From contig NW_021831738.1 of the NCBI RefSeq assembly GCF_006345805.1, forward strand, positions 1 to 34,270: 34,270 nucleotides of DNA, in the 5' to 3' direction. This document shows positions 1 through 11,894 of the stretch, piece by piece; the stretch's first letter is position 1; each line of letters starts with the position of its first letter. A model generated the notes under the pieces. That model was not told where the DNA came from and searched no databases. It saw only the letters and a program-made list of their open reading frames with translations. Origin of the DNA: Octopus sinensis. Taxonomy: Eukaryota. The position numbers and the translations under genes were made by a program.

Positions 1-197
1 GTTTGCGGCCATGCTGGGGCACTGCCTTTGAAGGGTTTTTTTTTTCGAATAAATCGATCCGAGGGCGTTGTTTTAAGCCTAGAATTTTATTCTATCAGTG
101 TTTTTTGCCGAATCGCTAAGTTACGGGGCCGTAAACACACCAGCACTTGCTCAAAGTGTCACGCAGTGAGCCCGAACCTGGAAATATGAAATTGGGA
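1..197 (-). mobile_element. tRNA-derived SINE family A, internally deleted fragment
   Basis: Reverse complement matches the 3' half of the 2247-2650 element (tgtgtttacggccccgtaacttagcgattcggcaaaa...gtgccccagcatggccgca) joined directly to a degraded head. Confidence 0.75.
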
Positions 198-326
198 ATG
201 TATGTATATATATGTGTATATGTACAAACACACACACATACATAAATGTGTGAATGTGTGTTCCTTCATTTTTCTTTTTTAATTATAAGAAGTATTCTTT
301 TTTGAAGAAAAGAGCCGTTTTGTGGC

Positions 327-362
327 GGGGGCGGGGGCGGGGGCGGGGGCGGGGGCGGGGGC
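327..362 (+). repeat. (GGGGGC)6 perfect hexanucleotide repeat, potential G-quadruplex
   Basis: Six perfect G5C units in AT-rich context. Confidence 0.9.
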
Positions 363-471
363 AAAGAACCATTGGTTCCATTAAGGGAATTTGTATGACA
401 GCAACATTAAATGTTACTAATTGAACTTATTGAACTAAGTAAGTCTTGCACATTTCTTCTGTTCCACTTAC

Positions 472-546
472 ACGTTGCATTTGTAAAGTTCGAGATGGCG
501 AGTCTCTTCCTTTGCTTGGAAATCCTAGATTTTTCCAGATATCTCT
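472..546 (-). CDS. Candidate 75-bp internal exon of an unidentified host gene
   Basis: Minus strand shows a pyrimidine tract plus tttgtatAG acceptor, 75 nt of unique sequence and a GTAAGT donor. Two frames are open: RDIWKNLGFPSKGRDSPSRTLQMQR and RYLEKSRISKQRKRLAISNFTNAT. Confidence 0.35.
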
Positions 547-562
547 CTATACAAATAGAAAG

Positions 563-617
563 AGAGACAGACAGACAGGCAGACAGACAGGCAGGCAAAC
601 AGACGGACGGACGGACG

Positions 618-707
<90 letters not shown>

Positions 708-775
708 ATGATAGATAGAATAGCTAGATAGATAGATGAGATGGGATGGATGATGGATAGATGGATGGATGGATG

Positions 776-806
<31 letters not shown>

Positions 807-900
807 TAGATAGATAGATAGATAGATAGATGGAGGATGGATGGATGGATGGACTGATGGATGGATGGATGGATAGATGATGATAGATAGATAGTCGATA
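563..900. repeat. Compound microsatellite (GACA)n/(GACG)n/(GATA)n/(GATG)n
   Basis: Directly visible tandem tetranucleotides. Confidence 0.95.
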
Positions 901-1371
901 AAAGCGAGTGAGTGAAAGAGAGCATGTGGACGTGTATACTTGCATGGTGTTCGTATGTTCGTATATGCATATCTATCTAAATGTGCCTGAGTATGTACGC
1001 ATGTGTGAACCGCCTCTCCTCTGTCTTTCTTTCTCTCTCTGTATCTCTTTGTCTCTCTCTCCCCCCTCCCTCTCTCTCTCTCTCTCTCTCTCTTCTTCCA
1101 CTCACTTCAATATCCGATCACAAACTACTTCTGATGACCAGTGGGTAAATAAAATACCTTTACACCATACAGATTATGCGTAACGTGCAGTTAGACAGCA
1201 TATTCAAATGGTTGGCGGGAGAATGGACTGATCCGGAATCGATAACGCTTCTCCACTTCAACACATGTTTACCATATCTGTGTCCAAGAAATACAAATAA
1301 AATAAGAAAGTATAAGATCTTCTTACTGCGAATTCTTTGAAACTATCTGAAGGCATTTCCTGATAGTTGAA

Positions 1372-1563
1372 TATATGTATGCATATATATATATATATAT
1401 GTATATATGTATATATTTGTATATATATATACATATAAAGACATACATACACACATACATAAAGATGAATGTATACATACACGTGTGCGCATGTCTGCAT
1501 GAGTGTGCACAAGTGCATGTATGAATGCATATATATATGTATATATATATATGTGTATGTATA

Positions 1564-1596
<33 letters not shown>

Positions 1597-1752
1597 TACA
1601 CACACACGGAGCGTGACAAACATACAGATAGACAGACAGGCACACCTACAGATAAAAACATACATACATACACACACACACATACATACACACATACATA
1701 CGTACGTACATACATACATACATACATACATACATACATACATACATACATA
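1372..1752. repeat. Compound (TA)n/(CA)n/(TACA)n microsatellite
   Basis: Directly visible. Confidence 0.9.
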
Positions 1753-2246
1753 AACGTGATTACCTTCAGGCTAGATCAGCTTTGTTACGCAACATCAAAT
1801 CATTTGATCCCGGATGAATCATCTTCCAGTGGGGGGCCAACCGACCCCTGATTTTTACTTTCCTCTCAGCCAACCAAGCCGATAAAATCGTGCACTCTTT
1901 GGAGACATCAATGCTTCTGTTTGTCATAGCACTACAATGATGAAACACGGGGCTCTGTACAGAATCACACGTTCTGACATTATTTTTGCTCCTTCACTAA
2001 TTTTAGCCAATAGGCTGCGACAAAGCTTAGAAAACGCAACAGCTTATTTTGTATATATTCTCTTTCTTTCTTTCTTTCTTTTTTCTTTATTAAAAAAAAT
2101 CCAAACGATTTAGCAATATAATATGCAAGTTCAGCATCGATTTTTCCGGAGACTTTGATTCTAAAGCCTTTCCGGAGTTTCGAATTTTCCGAACTAGAGG
2201 TGGTCACATTTAAATTCAACAAATGTTAAATTTACTTAAATAATTA

Positions 2247-2650
2247 GGCGCAGGAGTGGCTGTGTGGTAAGTAGCTTGCTAACCAACCACATGGTTCTGG
2301 GTTCAGTCCCACTGCGTGGCATCTTGGGCAAGTGTCTTCTACTATAGCCCCGGGCCGACCAATGCCTTGTGAGTGGAATTGGTAGACGGAAACTAAAAGA
2401 AGCCTGTCGTATATATGTATATATGTATGCGTGTGTGTGTTTGTGTGAGTGTGTTTGCCCCCCTAGCATTGCTTGACAACCGATGCTGGGGTGTTTACGT
2501 CCCCGTCACCTAGCGGTTCGGCAAAAGAGACCGATAGAATAAGTACTGGGCTTACAAAAGAATAAGTCCCGGGGTCGATTTGCTCGACTAAAGGCGGTGC
2601 TCCAGCATGGCCGCAGTCAAATGACTGAAACAAGTAAAAGAGTAAAAGAG
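2247..2650 (+). mobile_element. tRNA-derived SINE family A, full length (CORE-like domain, internal microsatellite)
   Basis: A-box TGGCTGTGTGG, B-box GGTTCAGTCCC (2300-2310), CORE-like cttgggcaagtgtctt, internal TA/TG tract and a (gtaaaaga)n tail. Homologues recur throughout the window. Confidence 0.9.
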
Positions 2651-2654
2651 AAAG

Positions 2655-3140
2655 AGAGAGCTATTGCCTCTGTTGACAACGAAAAGGCTCTCTCTCTCAT
2701 CCCCCCTCACTCTCTGTCACTTTCTCTCTCTCCTCCATATCCGAGTGAAAGGCAGATTGTATGGTGCCTATGTACATACAGCAATGTCGCAGGGTAATGA
2801 GACGTGGGCTCTGAGTGCAAAGAGCATGCGGAGACTAGAGAAGAATGAAGCTATTTTGTTCTGCTAAATGTGCAATCTTAGTTTGCATGTACAACAAAGT
2901 GCAAATGTATCGAGAGGAAAGTTATGCAAAAGAGGAATCAACTGTAGAGAGCAAGACAGAAGACTGCGATAGTTTGGCCTTGTGAGGAGTAAGGATGAGA
3001 ACAAATGCATAAAGAAGTGCAGATTGCTTACAGAGGGTGGGACTCGTGAAAGAGGGAGACCCAGGAAGACATGGGGCAAATTATTGAAGGTTTAACTCAC
3101 GGATGAGATAACAAAGAACGAAGAAAATGGACGTTTTGCT
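2655..3140 (+). mobile_element. RTE-clade LINE, decayed ORF C-terminus
   Basis: Translates to RELLPLLTTKRLSL..VKGRLYGAYVHTAMSQGNETWAL..MRRLEKNEA..RRLR*FGLV..RGRPRKTW, typical RTE post-RT motifs, with stops. Confidence 0.85.
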
Positions 3141-3281
3141 GCGCTCGAGAAGACCGTAAAAATCCAGCAAAAATGATATCCTAAAACCACTCATTTATGC
3201 GTGTACGTGCGAAGACCTGTCCCCCTCCTTTCTCGCTTCTCTCTCACACTTCAAATAGGCCTCCCTCATTTTCATCTCTTC

Positions 3282-4320
3282 GGGAATATTCCTTGTGTTG
3301 TATGTCTTGTACTCTGTTTTTTCGTTGTTTGAAAAAGAGTTCGTGTCCATAATTTTATTTTTATGTTTTCGTTTCTCATTGTGTTCAATGTTTATTTTTT
3401 ATGTCCAGTACCCATATATGCATGTATATATACATATAGATGTAGATATGTACATATATGTATATATGCATATATATATATATATATATTATTTATATTC
3501 TTTTATGACTGAACGCCACGCATCCTTTTCCAAGTAAGTTTTATCTTAATAATTACGATGCGCACTCTTCAACTTTACTATTTCTCCTCTGTCTATCTCT
3601 CTCCCTCTCTTGTTCTTCATCCTTTCTGGGTTTCTCTCCCACCCTTCCCTATTCTTCTCCTCTCCCCTTCACCGCTCCCTCTCTCTTATTACTTCTCCTC
3701 CTCCTCCTCCTCCTCCTTCTCAACTCTCTCGTCACTGACACGTGATCAGAGGGAAGACATCTTTCCAACTGCTATCTTCACCAAGACCAGACCGCTTATC
3801 CTGTCTCTCTCATAAGCTGTCTCCTTAAGTGTTCAAAATAATTTTCCATCGTCTTGTCTTAACAACCCTCATTGTTTGTTTTTACTGTATTATTCTCTTT
3901 GTTCTATCATTTACTGTTTTTACTTTTATTGTTTTTACTGTCTTGTTTTGTTCTTACTGTCCTGTCCTTGTTACCACTTTTACACCCCCGCAAAAAATCC
4001 CAAATTTTATTTACTTTGCTTTGCGGGAAGGACTGTTTCAACGAAGTCGCGTCTTGTCCTTACCCTCGTAACTCGGAGTAGACGAAACGGGGACAACTGA
4101 AGAAGGGGAATATTCCTTGTTTGTACGTCTTGTACTCTCTTTTTTCGTTGTTTGAAAAAAAAGTTCGTTTCCCTGCTTTTGTTTTTATGTTTTCGTTTCT
4201 CATTGTGTTCAACGTTTTTTTTATGTTCTGTACCCATATATGCATGTATATATACATTAAGAATAGGTATGTACATATATGTATTCATATATGCATATAT
4301 TTATATATCATTTATATTAT
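3282..4320 (+). mobile_element. Dispersed non-coding element with ~220-bp direct terminal repeats (period 824 bp), probably PLE-derived
   Basis: 3282-~3500 is repeated at 4106-~4320 (gggaatattccttg...cccatatatgcatgtatatatacat). A third copy lies at 12255-12560. Degenerate hammerhead-like motifs occur at 4034-4125. Confidence 0.6.
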
Positions 4321-4331
4321 TATATATGTGT

Positions 4332-4412
<81 letters not shown>

Positions 4413-4454
4413 TATACATATATATATATATATGTATGTATGTATTTATGTATG

Positions 4455-4488
<34 letters not shown>

Positions 4489-4712
4489 TGTATGTATGTA
4501 TGTATGTATGTTTGGATGGATGGATGGATGGATAGATAGATGGATGGATGGATGGATGGATGTGTGTGTGCATACCCAAGTACGCATGTATGACTGTTTA
4601 TATGCATGCAGATATAAATATATGTAGTATGTAAGTATACGGGTATGCATATATATATATATATATGTTTGTATGCGTTGTGTGTTTGTATATGTTATGT
4701 ATATACATATGT
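4320..4712. repeat. (TA)n/(TATG)n/(GATG)n microsatellite block
   Basis: Directly visible. Confidence 0.95.
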
Positions 4713-5344
4713 ATAATTTTGATCCTTAAATTGACCCTTCCCTTCAATCCAACCCACCCCACCTCTTCCCTTTCACCTCAGCTCTTCATTCATAATATTC
4801 ACGCCCATTTTCTATATACATATATCACGCCCATTACTTAAATACGTACACCATAATGCGCGCACACACACACACACGCATAGTACATACCATCATACAT
4901 ACATACACTTACCTGTAGACTATATTCCGAACACCTGTTGGTTGGTTCCTGGTTATTCCCTTTCTCTCTCCTCTTCCCACTACCACTACCATCACCACCA
5001 TAATTATAACCTTATCATGACACCTTGAATTTTATCTAGGGCACTGACGGACGGTTCTCATTCTCACACACACACACCTACGCACACACACGCACACATA
5101 CACACACACACGCACAAGCAAACACACATACGCATTATCTATGCTTCTAACAATCTCGATTATCTACCTATCTATATATCTATCTACCTTTCTACCAACC
5201 TATCTAGCTCTATCCATCTATCAATCTATCTCTATGTCTGTCTGTACTTACACACACATCCACACGCAGACACGCACACACACACGCACGCACACACACA
5301 CACACACACACACACATGCACACACATATTTACCTATGTATATA

Positions 5345-5950
5345 TGTCATTATTCGGTTATATTTCAAGATTTCTTGCCCATAGAGAAAGAACCGGTTTC
5401 TGACCTAAATCCAAGGATCCTTCATTGGAATTTCAACATCAACAACAGTGTATGTATGTATGCATGTATGTATGTATGTATTTATGTATGTATGTATGTA
5501 TGTATGTATGTATGGATGGATGGATGGATGGATGGATGGATGTAAGTTTATGCATGTATGTATCTTCGTATGTATGTATACATGCAGATTTGTATGTTTT
5601 GTCTTATGTATGTCTTCTCAGGCATATAGTTGCATATACTTAAATGATGAACTTTTGGAAAGTTTTACAGATTTTTACAGTTCCAGTGATGGCCTGGATC
5701 TGTAGTTTTCGAATCGGCTTTTTTTCATTTCTGGTTTTGAAAAGCCCGATTCCTCAAGATTGGTATTTTAGACAGTGTGTTACATATCCATGTACCCCAA
5801 TAATTACAGGAATAAACTTGAGCTTATAATCTGGAGAGAGTAACTGCTGATTTCTCAATAGTTCAGCGTAAGTATTCTCTTTTTCACTGATATTCGTCTG
5901 TATGTTAATATCCGCTGGGCAGCGATTTCCACAACTGTACACACTTTCTC
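5345..5950 (-). mobile_element. R4/Dong-like RLE non-LTR retrotransposon, 3' end (RLE C-terminus plus 3' UTR)
   Basis: CPADINIQTNISEKENTYAELLRNQQLLSPDYKLKFIPVIIG..GYVTHCLK followed by ..TGTVKICKTFQKFII*. Homologous to the RLE region at ~19950-20330. Confidence 0.8.
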
Positions 5951-5969
5951 TACCTTGTCCCAAAGCATA

Positions 5970-6190
5970 TATAAATATAACGGGAAGCTTTATGAAAATA
6001 AACAAAAGACGAAGGCAGGTGGAATATAAACAAACAATTGTATTAGTATGGCGCTCAGGAATATAAATAAAACAAGTCTTTTACGTTTCGAGCCTACGCT
6101 CTTCAACAGAAAGATACACAGAAAAGAAACACAGAAAGAAACAAGGAGAGAAAAAAAATGCGTGCAGAAGCTAGCGAATCAACATGGCGA
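5970..6190 (-). mobile_element. Short PLE pseudo-LTR-like repeat carrying a hammerhead-like motif
   Basis: Contains the motif at 6077-6114 and lies between TA-rich tracts. Confidence 0.5.
6077..6114 (-). ncRNA. Minimal type I hammerhead ribozyme-like motif (A6U core variant)
   Basis: UCUUU-CUGUUGA-A-GAGC(guag)GCUC-GAA-ACGU-A-AAAGA: 5-bp helix I, 4-bp helix II and palindromic helix III. Confidence 0.55.
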
Positions 6191-6429
6191 TATAAATATA
6201 TGTGTGTATGTATGTTTGTATGTATGTATTATGTATGTGTGCGCGCGTGTTTGTATGTACGTACGTATGCATGTATGTATGTAATCATTCAGTTTTATTT
6301 TAAGGTTTCTTTCCTATAGAAACACCTTGATCAAGCAGACCAATGAATAATTAAAAGCACTCTACCTGGCCATTTTGAATTGCATTTTTCAGATCTACTG
6401 TACTTTCGATAACACTATATAACATAACT

Positions 6430-6679
6430 GTATGTATGTATGTATGTATGTATGCATGTATACGTGCCGATTTGTATGTATGTATGTATGTATATATATA
6501 TATGTATGTATGTATGTATGTGTGTATGTATGTATGTATGTATGTATATATGCATGTATACGTGCCGATTTGTATGTATGTATGTATGTATGTATGTATG
6601 CATGTATGTATGTATGTATGTATACGTGCCGATTTGTATGTTTTGTTTTCTGTATATCTTCTCTATGCATGTTTGTATG

Positions 6680-6713
<34 letters not shown>

Positions 6714-6779
6714 TGTATGTATGTATACGTGCCGATTTGTATGTTTTTTCTGTATATCTTCTCTATGCATGTATGTATG

Positions 6780-6813
<34 letters not shown>

Positions 6814-7066
6814 TGTATGTATGTATGTATGTATGTATGTATGCATGTATGTATGTATGTATATATGTATGTATGTATGCATGTATGTATGTATGTACGT
6901 ATGTATGTATGTATGCATGTATACGTGCCGATTTGTTTGTTTTGTTTTCTGTATATCTTCTCTATGCATGTATATATGTATATATGTATGTACGTATGTA
7001 TGCATGTATGTATGCATGTATGTATGTATGTATGTATGTATGTATGTATGTATGTATGCATGCATG
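6430..7066. repeat. (TATG)n array with five copies of a TATACGTGCCGATTTG motif (higher-order minisatellite)
   Basis: The CGTGCC core occurs at 6463, 6561, 6625, 6728 and 6924. Confidence 0.9.
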
Positions 7067-7137
7067 CAGGTACGTACGATTTCGATTTGTACGTTATTTC
7101 ATGGAACCAATGTATAACGTAAACAGTGAAACAAAAA

Positions 7138-7173
7138 TGTCTGATGATCAGTTAAGTGAAACTCTGAGTAACA
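7138..7173 (+). ncRNA. Hammerhead ribozyme-like motif, helix II degenerate
   Basis: UGU-CUGAUGA-(10 nt)-GAA-ACUC-U-GAGU-A-ACA. Confidence 0.4.
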
Positions 7174-7522
7174 GTCTGTGGGAACTGTTCACCTTAAATT
7201 AATTATCATATACGTGTGTATATGGGCGTGTGTATGCACACACATACGTACACGGTAGAATGAGATAAAACAAAAATGAAGCTTAGCATACAATGGGAAT
7301 GGAATTAAGAAAATTGTTAGAATACCATATAAAACCATAATCTATAATTGGGGGGTGTGCCTTTATATGTATTGATATGTGGATAATTAGTGCTTGTGTG
7401 CGTATGTTAGAAAATTTTTCTGTGTATGCATAAGAAAGTGACAGCCTGTGCGTGTGTTAGGAAACATATGCGTGAGATGTAGTATAGAATATAAATACAT
7501 AAGATGTATATACCTAAATACA

Positions 7523-7680
7523 CAGGAGTGGCTGTGTGGTAAGTAGCTTGCTTACCAACCACATGGTTCCGGGTTCATTCCCACTGCGTGGCCTCATGGG
7601 TATGTGTCTTCTATTATAACCTCGGGCCGACCAAAGCCTTGTGAGTGGATCTGGTAGACGGAAACTGAAAGAAGCCCGTC

Positions 7681-7730
<50 letters not shown>

Positions 7731-7910
7731 ATATGTTTGTGTGTCTGTGTTTGTCCCCCTTGACAAGCGATGGTGCGTTTACGTCCCCGTAACCTAGCGG
7801 TTCAGCAAAAGAGACCGATAGGCTTATAAAGAATAAGTCGATTTACTCGACTAAAGGCGGTGCTCCAGCATGGCCACAGTCAAATGACTGAAACAAATAA
7901 AAGAGTAAAG
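7523..7910 (+). mobile_element. SINE family A, near full length
   Basis: High similarity to 2247-2650, with an expanded internal (TA)n. Confidence 0.9.
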
Positions 7911-7992
7911 TGTAGAGAGACACACACGCACAGATAAACACATGCACGCACACACACACAGGCGCGCGCGCGCAGTTATATACACATGGTTA

Positions 7993-8392
7993 GGCGCAAT
8001 CGTAGCTGTGTAGTAAGAAGCTTGCTTTCCAACCACATAGTTCCGAGTTCAGTCCCACTGCGTTGCACCCTGGGCAAGTGTCTTCTACTATAGTCTTGCG
8101 AGAGGATTTCGTAGGCGGAAACTGAAAGAAGCCCGCCGCACATACGTATATTTGTGTGTGTGTGTGTGTCTCTTTGTGCATGTGTTTGTCCCACCCACTC
8201 CATCACAGCTTCACAACCGGTGTTGGTGTGTTTACGTCCCCGTAATATAGCGGTTCGGCTTAAGAGAATATACAATAAAAAAAACTAGGCTTGGTAAGTC
8301 CTGAGGTAGATTGTTCGACTAAGACCGTTCGAGACGGTGCTCCAGCATGGCCGCAGTCAAATGACTGAAATAAATGAAAGAACAAGAGAATA
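7993..8392 (+). mobile_element. SINE family A, diverged full length
   Basis: Head, CORE-like segment and tail are all recognisable. Confidence 0.85.
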
Positions 8393-8616
8393 AATACACA
8401 CACATACACACACATACACACGCATACACACGCATACATACACGCACACATGTAAAACTAAATGCTTTCATATACCCAGTAACAATAACTAATGAGCAAA
8501 TAAAGGATTCAAAACTACTTGACGCCTAATATTTATTATTTTATTGATAGTGACTTCGAAGCTTCGTCGAGAATGTGGATTGGACAAATAGTATAAGTGG
8601 AGAAAGTTACATACTT

Positions 8617-8700
8617 TGGGTTCAGTGCCACTATGCGGAACTTGGGGCTATAATGGTATCCATTATATGGATTTGGTAGACGGAAACTGAAAGAAGCCCG

Positions 8701-8753
<53 letters not shown>

Positions 8754-8900
8754 CGCGTGCGTGTCTGTGTTTGTCCCCGCCCACCATCGCTTGACAAAAG
8801 AGTCCGATAGAATAAGTCTGGTGTCGATTTGCTCGACTAAAAGCTGTGCTCCATCCTGGCCGCAGTCATATGACTGCAACGAATAAAAGAATAAAAGAAT
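8617..8900 (+). mobile_element. SINE family A, partial and diverged
   Basis: ggatttggtagacggaaactgaaagaagcccgtcg, a (GT)n tract and the tail. Confidence 0.8.
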
Positions 8901-9178
8901 ACACAAACACACTCATGAACATAATACACAAACACACACACACATACACACACGCACAAACACACTCACACACACACATCTTGCAATTCTCGTTTTACTC
9001 TCATTTTCCCTCTCGTTTCTTGTCAACCTCTCCACTCCTTTTTCCCTTTCCCTTTGTATATCCTTTTGTATATCCTTGTATATCCTTGTATATCCTTTTG
9101 TATATCCTTTCCTTTTGTTTATCCTGCATATCTCATTTTCTACCTTATTTTCTCTCCCCTCGTTCTATCATATTTATC

Positions 9179-9400
9179 TACGAGGGAGTGCTGAAAAGTT
9201 CCTGGCTTTGAGTAAAAGAAAATACCGGAGGATCGCTTAATTATGATTTTTATCCAACATATTCCCCTCTCAGATTCACACACTTATTTGCAACGGTCCT
9301 TCAGTTTCTCTAAGCCCTATAATAGAACTCGAAAGGTTGGGCCTCCAACCTGGCCTTTCGTGACACCCTTAAAGCCAGGAACATTTCAGCACCCCTTCTT
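9179..9400. mobile_element. Tc1/mariner-type MITE (~220 bp)
   Basis: TA followed by left TIR cgagggagtgctgaaaagttcctggcttt (9181-9209). Right TIR aaagccaggaacatttcagcacccc begins at 9371 and its outermost bases are decayed. Confidence 0.8.
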
Positions 9401-9529
9401 CGAAAACCTACGCCACTTTTTTTTGTTTCTTTTGTTTTTTGGTTTTTGTTTTTTTCATCCCCCAAAAGAAAAGCTCTACCTTGTAATTTGTCCCATCTGT
9501 GTGCAGCCCTGTGTGGCCAATAAAGAAAC

Positions 9530-9702
9530 TTATCTATCTATCTATCTATCCATCTGTTTCTTGTCTATCCGTCTATCAATCTTTCAGCCTATCTCTCTAT
9601 CAATTTATCCGTCAATGTATCCATATAAGTATGTCTATCTGTCTATCCGTCTATTCATCTATGTGTCAATCTTTCTTTCTAAAAAATACTTCTTTCTCAA
9701 TG

Positions 9703-9758
<56 letters not shown>

Positions 9759-10250
9759 ATTATCTACCCAGCTATTTATCTGTCTATCAGTCTATCTTTC
9801 TGTCTATCAGTCTATCTTTCTGTTTCCCAATATACTTACGCATCTCTCCATCTAGCTACCAATCTATCAATGTCTATGTTACCACCTATCTATTTATGTC
9901 TAGTTGTCCATCTAGCCGTCTGCCTGCATATTTATCCCCCCATCAATCTGTCTATCTTACTATTTATCCCTCTGTCTGCCTGTCTATCTGTCTGTATATC
10001 TATCTATCTATCTCTTTGTCGATCTATCTATCCATCTATCAAATTATCTATCTGTCTGTCTGTCTATCTATCTATCTACCTGTCTGTCTGTCTGCCTGTC
10101 TATCGATCTATCTGTCTAGCTATCTATCTATCCCTCTGCCTATCTATAGCAATCAACCTATCTACCTATCTGCTATCTATCTATCTAGCTATCTCTCTTT
10201 TTCTTTCTCTCTCTGTGTCTATCTATCTATTTGTCTATCTATCTATCTCC

Positions 10251-10310
<60 letters not shown>

Positions 10311-10315
10311 CTATG
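9530..10315. repeat. Degenerate (TCTA)n/(TCTG)n/(TC)n low-complexity block
   Basis: Directly visible; it explains the 393-aa pseudo-ORF. Confidence 0.9.
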
Positions 10316-10817
10316 TCTTCTTTCAAATCTGTTTCCGATCCCAGTCTCTTTGATGTTCACCTCCACCAAAAACCAAATAACACCAAAAAAAATGTATGCC
10401 CATCTCCCTCCTAACCCCTCCTAACCCCTACTACTCGTCATTTAGAATACGTCTATAGGACCTCAGACAGAGTAGGAGACTAAAGAAAACAAAACAAATA
10501 AATAAATAGATATAGGTAATTACAGATGAATAAAATTATTTAATAACACGACTTGACAGCGTTGACCAAGAGAAATTGAAAATGGAGTCGTTGATTGACG
10601 GATGTTCCCTCCTCGTTGTACTCACAGCATTTCTTTCTCTCTTTTCTTTGCCCCACCTTGCTCTCTTTCTTTCTACCCTCTGTCTCTCTGTCTCTCTCTC
10701 TCTCTCATTCTCTCACTCAGTCACTTACACGCTCTCTCTCTCTCTCTCTTAATCTCTCACTCTCTCTCTCTCTCTGCATAGCGTATATTTTTTACTAGTT
10801 TCTGTCACCCAGCTGTT

Positions 10818-11344
10818 ATACATACATACACAAACATGAACAAACATACATACATATACACACATGAACAAACATACATACATACACAAACATACATACA
10901 TACACTCATACACACATACATATACACATATATATATACATAGATACATACATACATACATACATTCATACATACATACGTACATACATACGTACATACA
11001 TACATACATACATACGTACATACATACATACGTACATACATACATACATACATACGTACATAGATACATACATACATTCATACATACATACATACATACA
11101 TACATACATACATACATACATACATACATACATACATGCATACATACATATCTTTGTGTGCTTCTACATCTGCATGAATATCTGTGTGCGTACATATATG
11201 TATATATATACATATACACACACACACGCACACACACATATATATATATATATAAACAATATAGATAGATAGATGTATATGTATGTGCGTGTGTGTATAT
11301 ATACACTCTTATGTATATATATATATATATATAATATTATATTT

Positions 11345-11397
<53 letters not shown>

Positions 11398-11480
11398 CTT
11401 GGCGTTTAGATACATGTAGGAGTATGAGGGTGAATCAGGAATGGACACACACACACACACCACACACACACACAAATACT
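10818..11480. repeat. (TACA)n/(TA)n/(CA)n block
   Basis: Directly visible. Confidence 0.95.
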
Positions 11481-11894
11481 CATGCATATGCGCACATGTA
11501 CTTCTACTTACAACTGGATGCAGGACGACACGAATATTCCAGCTTATAGTTCGAAGTTGATACGAGACATGGTGTCATGCGTGAATTCCGTTTTGCTTGG
11601 AATATTTAAGGACGACAGCAAACCTTGATAAGCGATTAATATGGAGCTTCTGAGAAGTTGACTGTCAGAAGAGGCTAGCTGGTCTGTTGGCTCGTTAGCT
11701 GGCTGGCTGGTTGGTTGGCTAGCTGGCTGGCTACGTGGATGTCATTTAATTTCGATTGGGAATATAAGCATACAGAGTTTCGTATAGTTGTTTCTAGAAT
11801 AGCCAAGTGTTCCAATGGCCGAATAAGCTATCATCAGAGAGGGAGAAGTCAAAGAGGTGAAAAGATGAGGGTATATAACCAGTCGAAGATATTA

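Noticed and set aside
477-544. YLEKSRI resemblance to the myosin motor motif LLEKSR
   Set aside because: The downstream ERNFHIFY motif is absent and the match is too short.
1131-1150. Isolated CTGATGA, also at ~22688
   Set aside because: No properly placed GAAA or helices; expected by chance.
1922-1980. C/D box snoRNA-like ATGATGA...CTGA
   Set aside because: The boxes are only ~40 nt apart, too short, and no guide sequence is recognised.
1764-1995. Minus-strand open frame ending near an AG/GTAATC donor
   Set aside because: A stop precedes the donor, no good acceptor is present and no motif is recognised; at best a UTR exon.
2247-2320. tRNA gene-like A and B boxes, also in other SINE heads
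   Set aside because: These are SINE heads with no proper cloverleaf and continue into repeat bodies.
6455-6975. CRISPR-like repeat-spacer appearance
   Set aside because: The spacers are (TATG)n of variable length, there are no cas genes and the context is eukaryotic.
6432-7202. 225-256-aa ORFs in three frames and the many similar YVCM/HTYI/IYIY ORFs
   Set aside because: Microsatellite translations.
9243-10424. 393-aa ORF, the longest in the window
   Set aside because: Starts in a MITE and runs through (TCTA)n; it is a stop-poor simple repeat.
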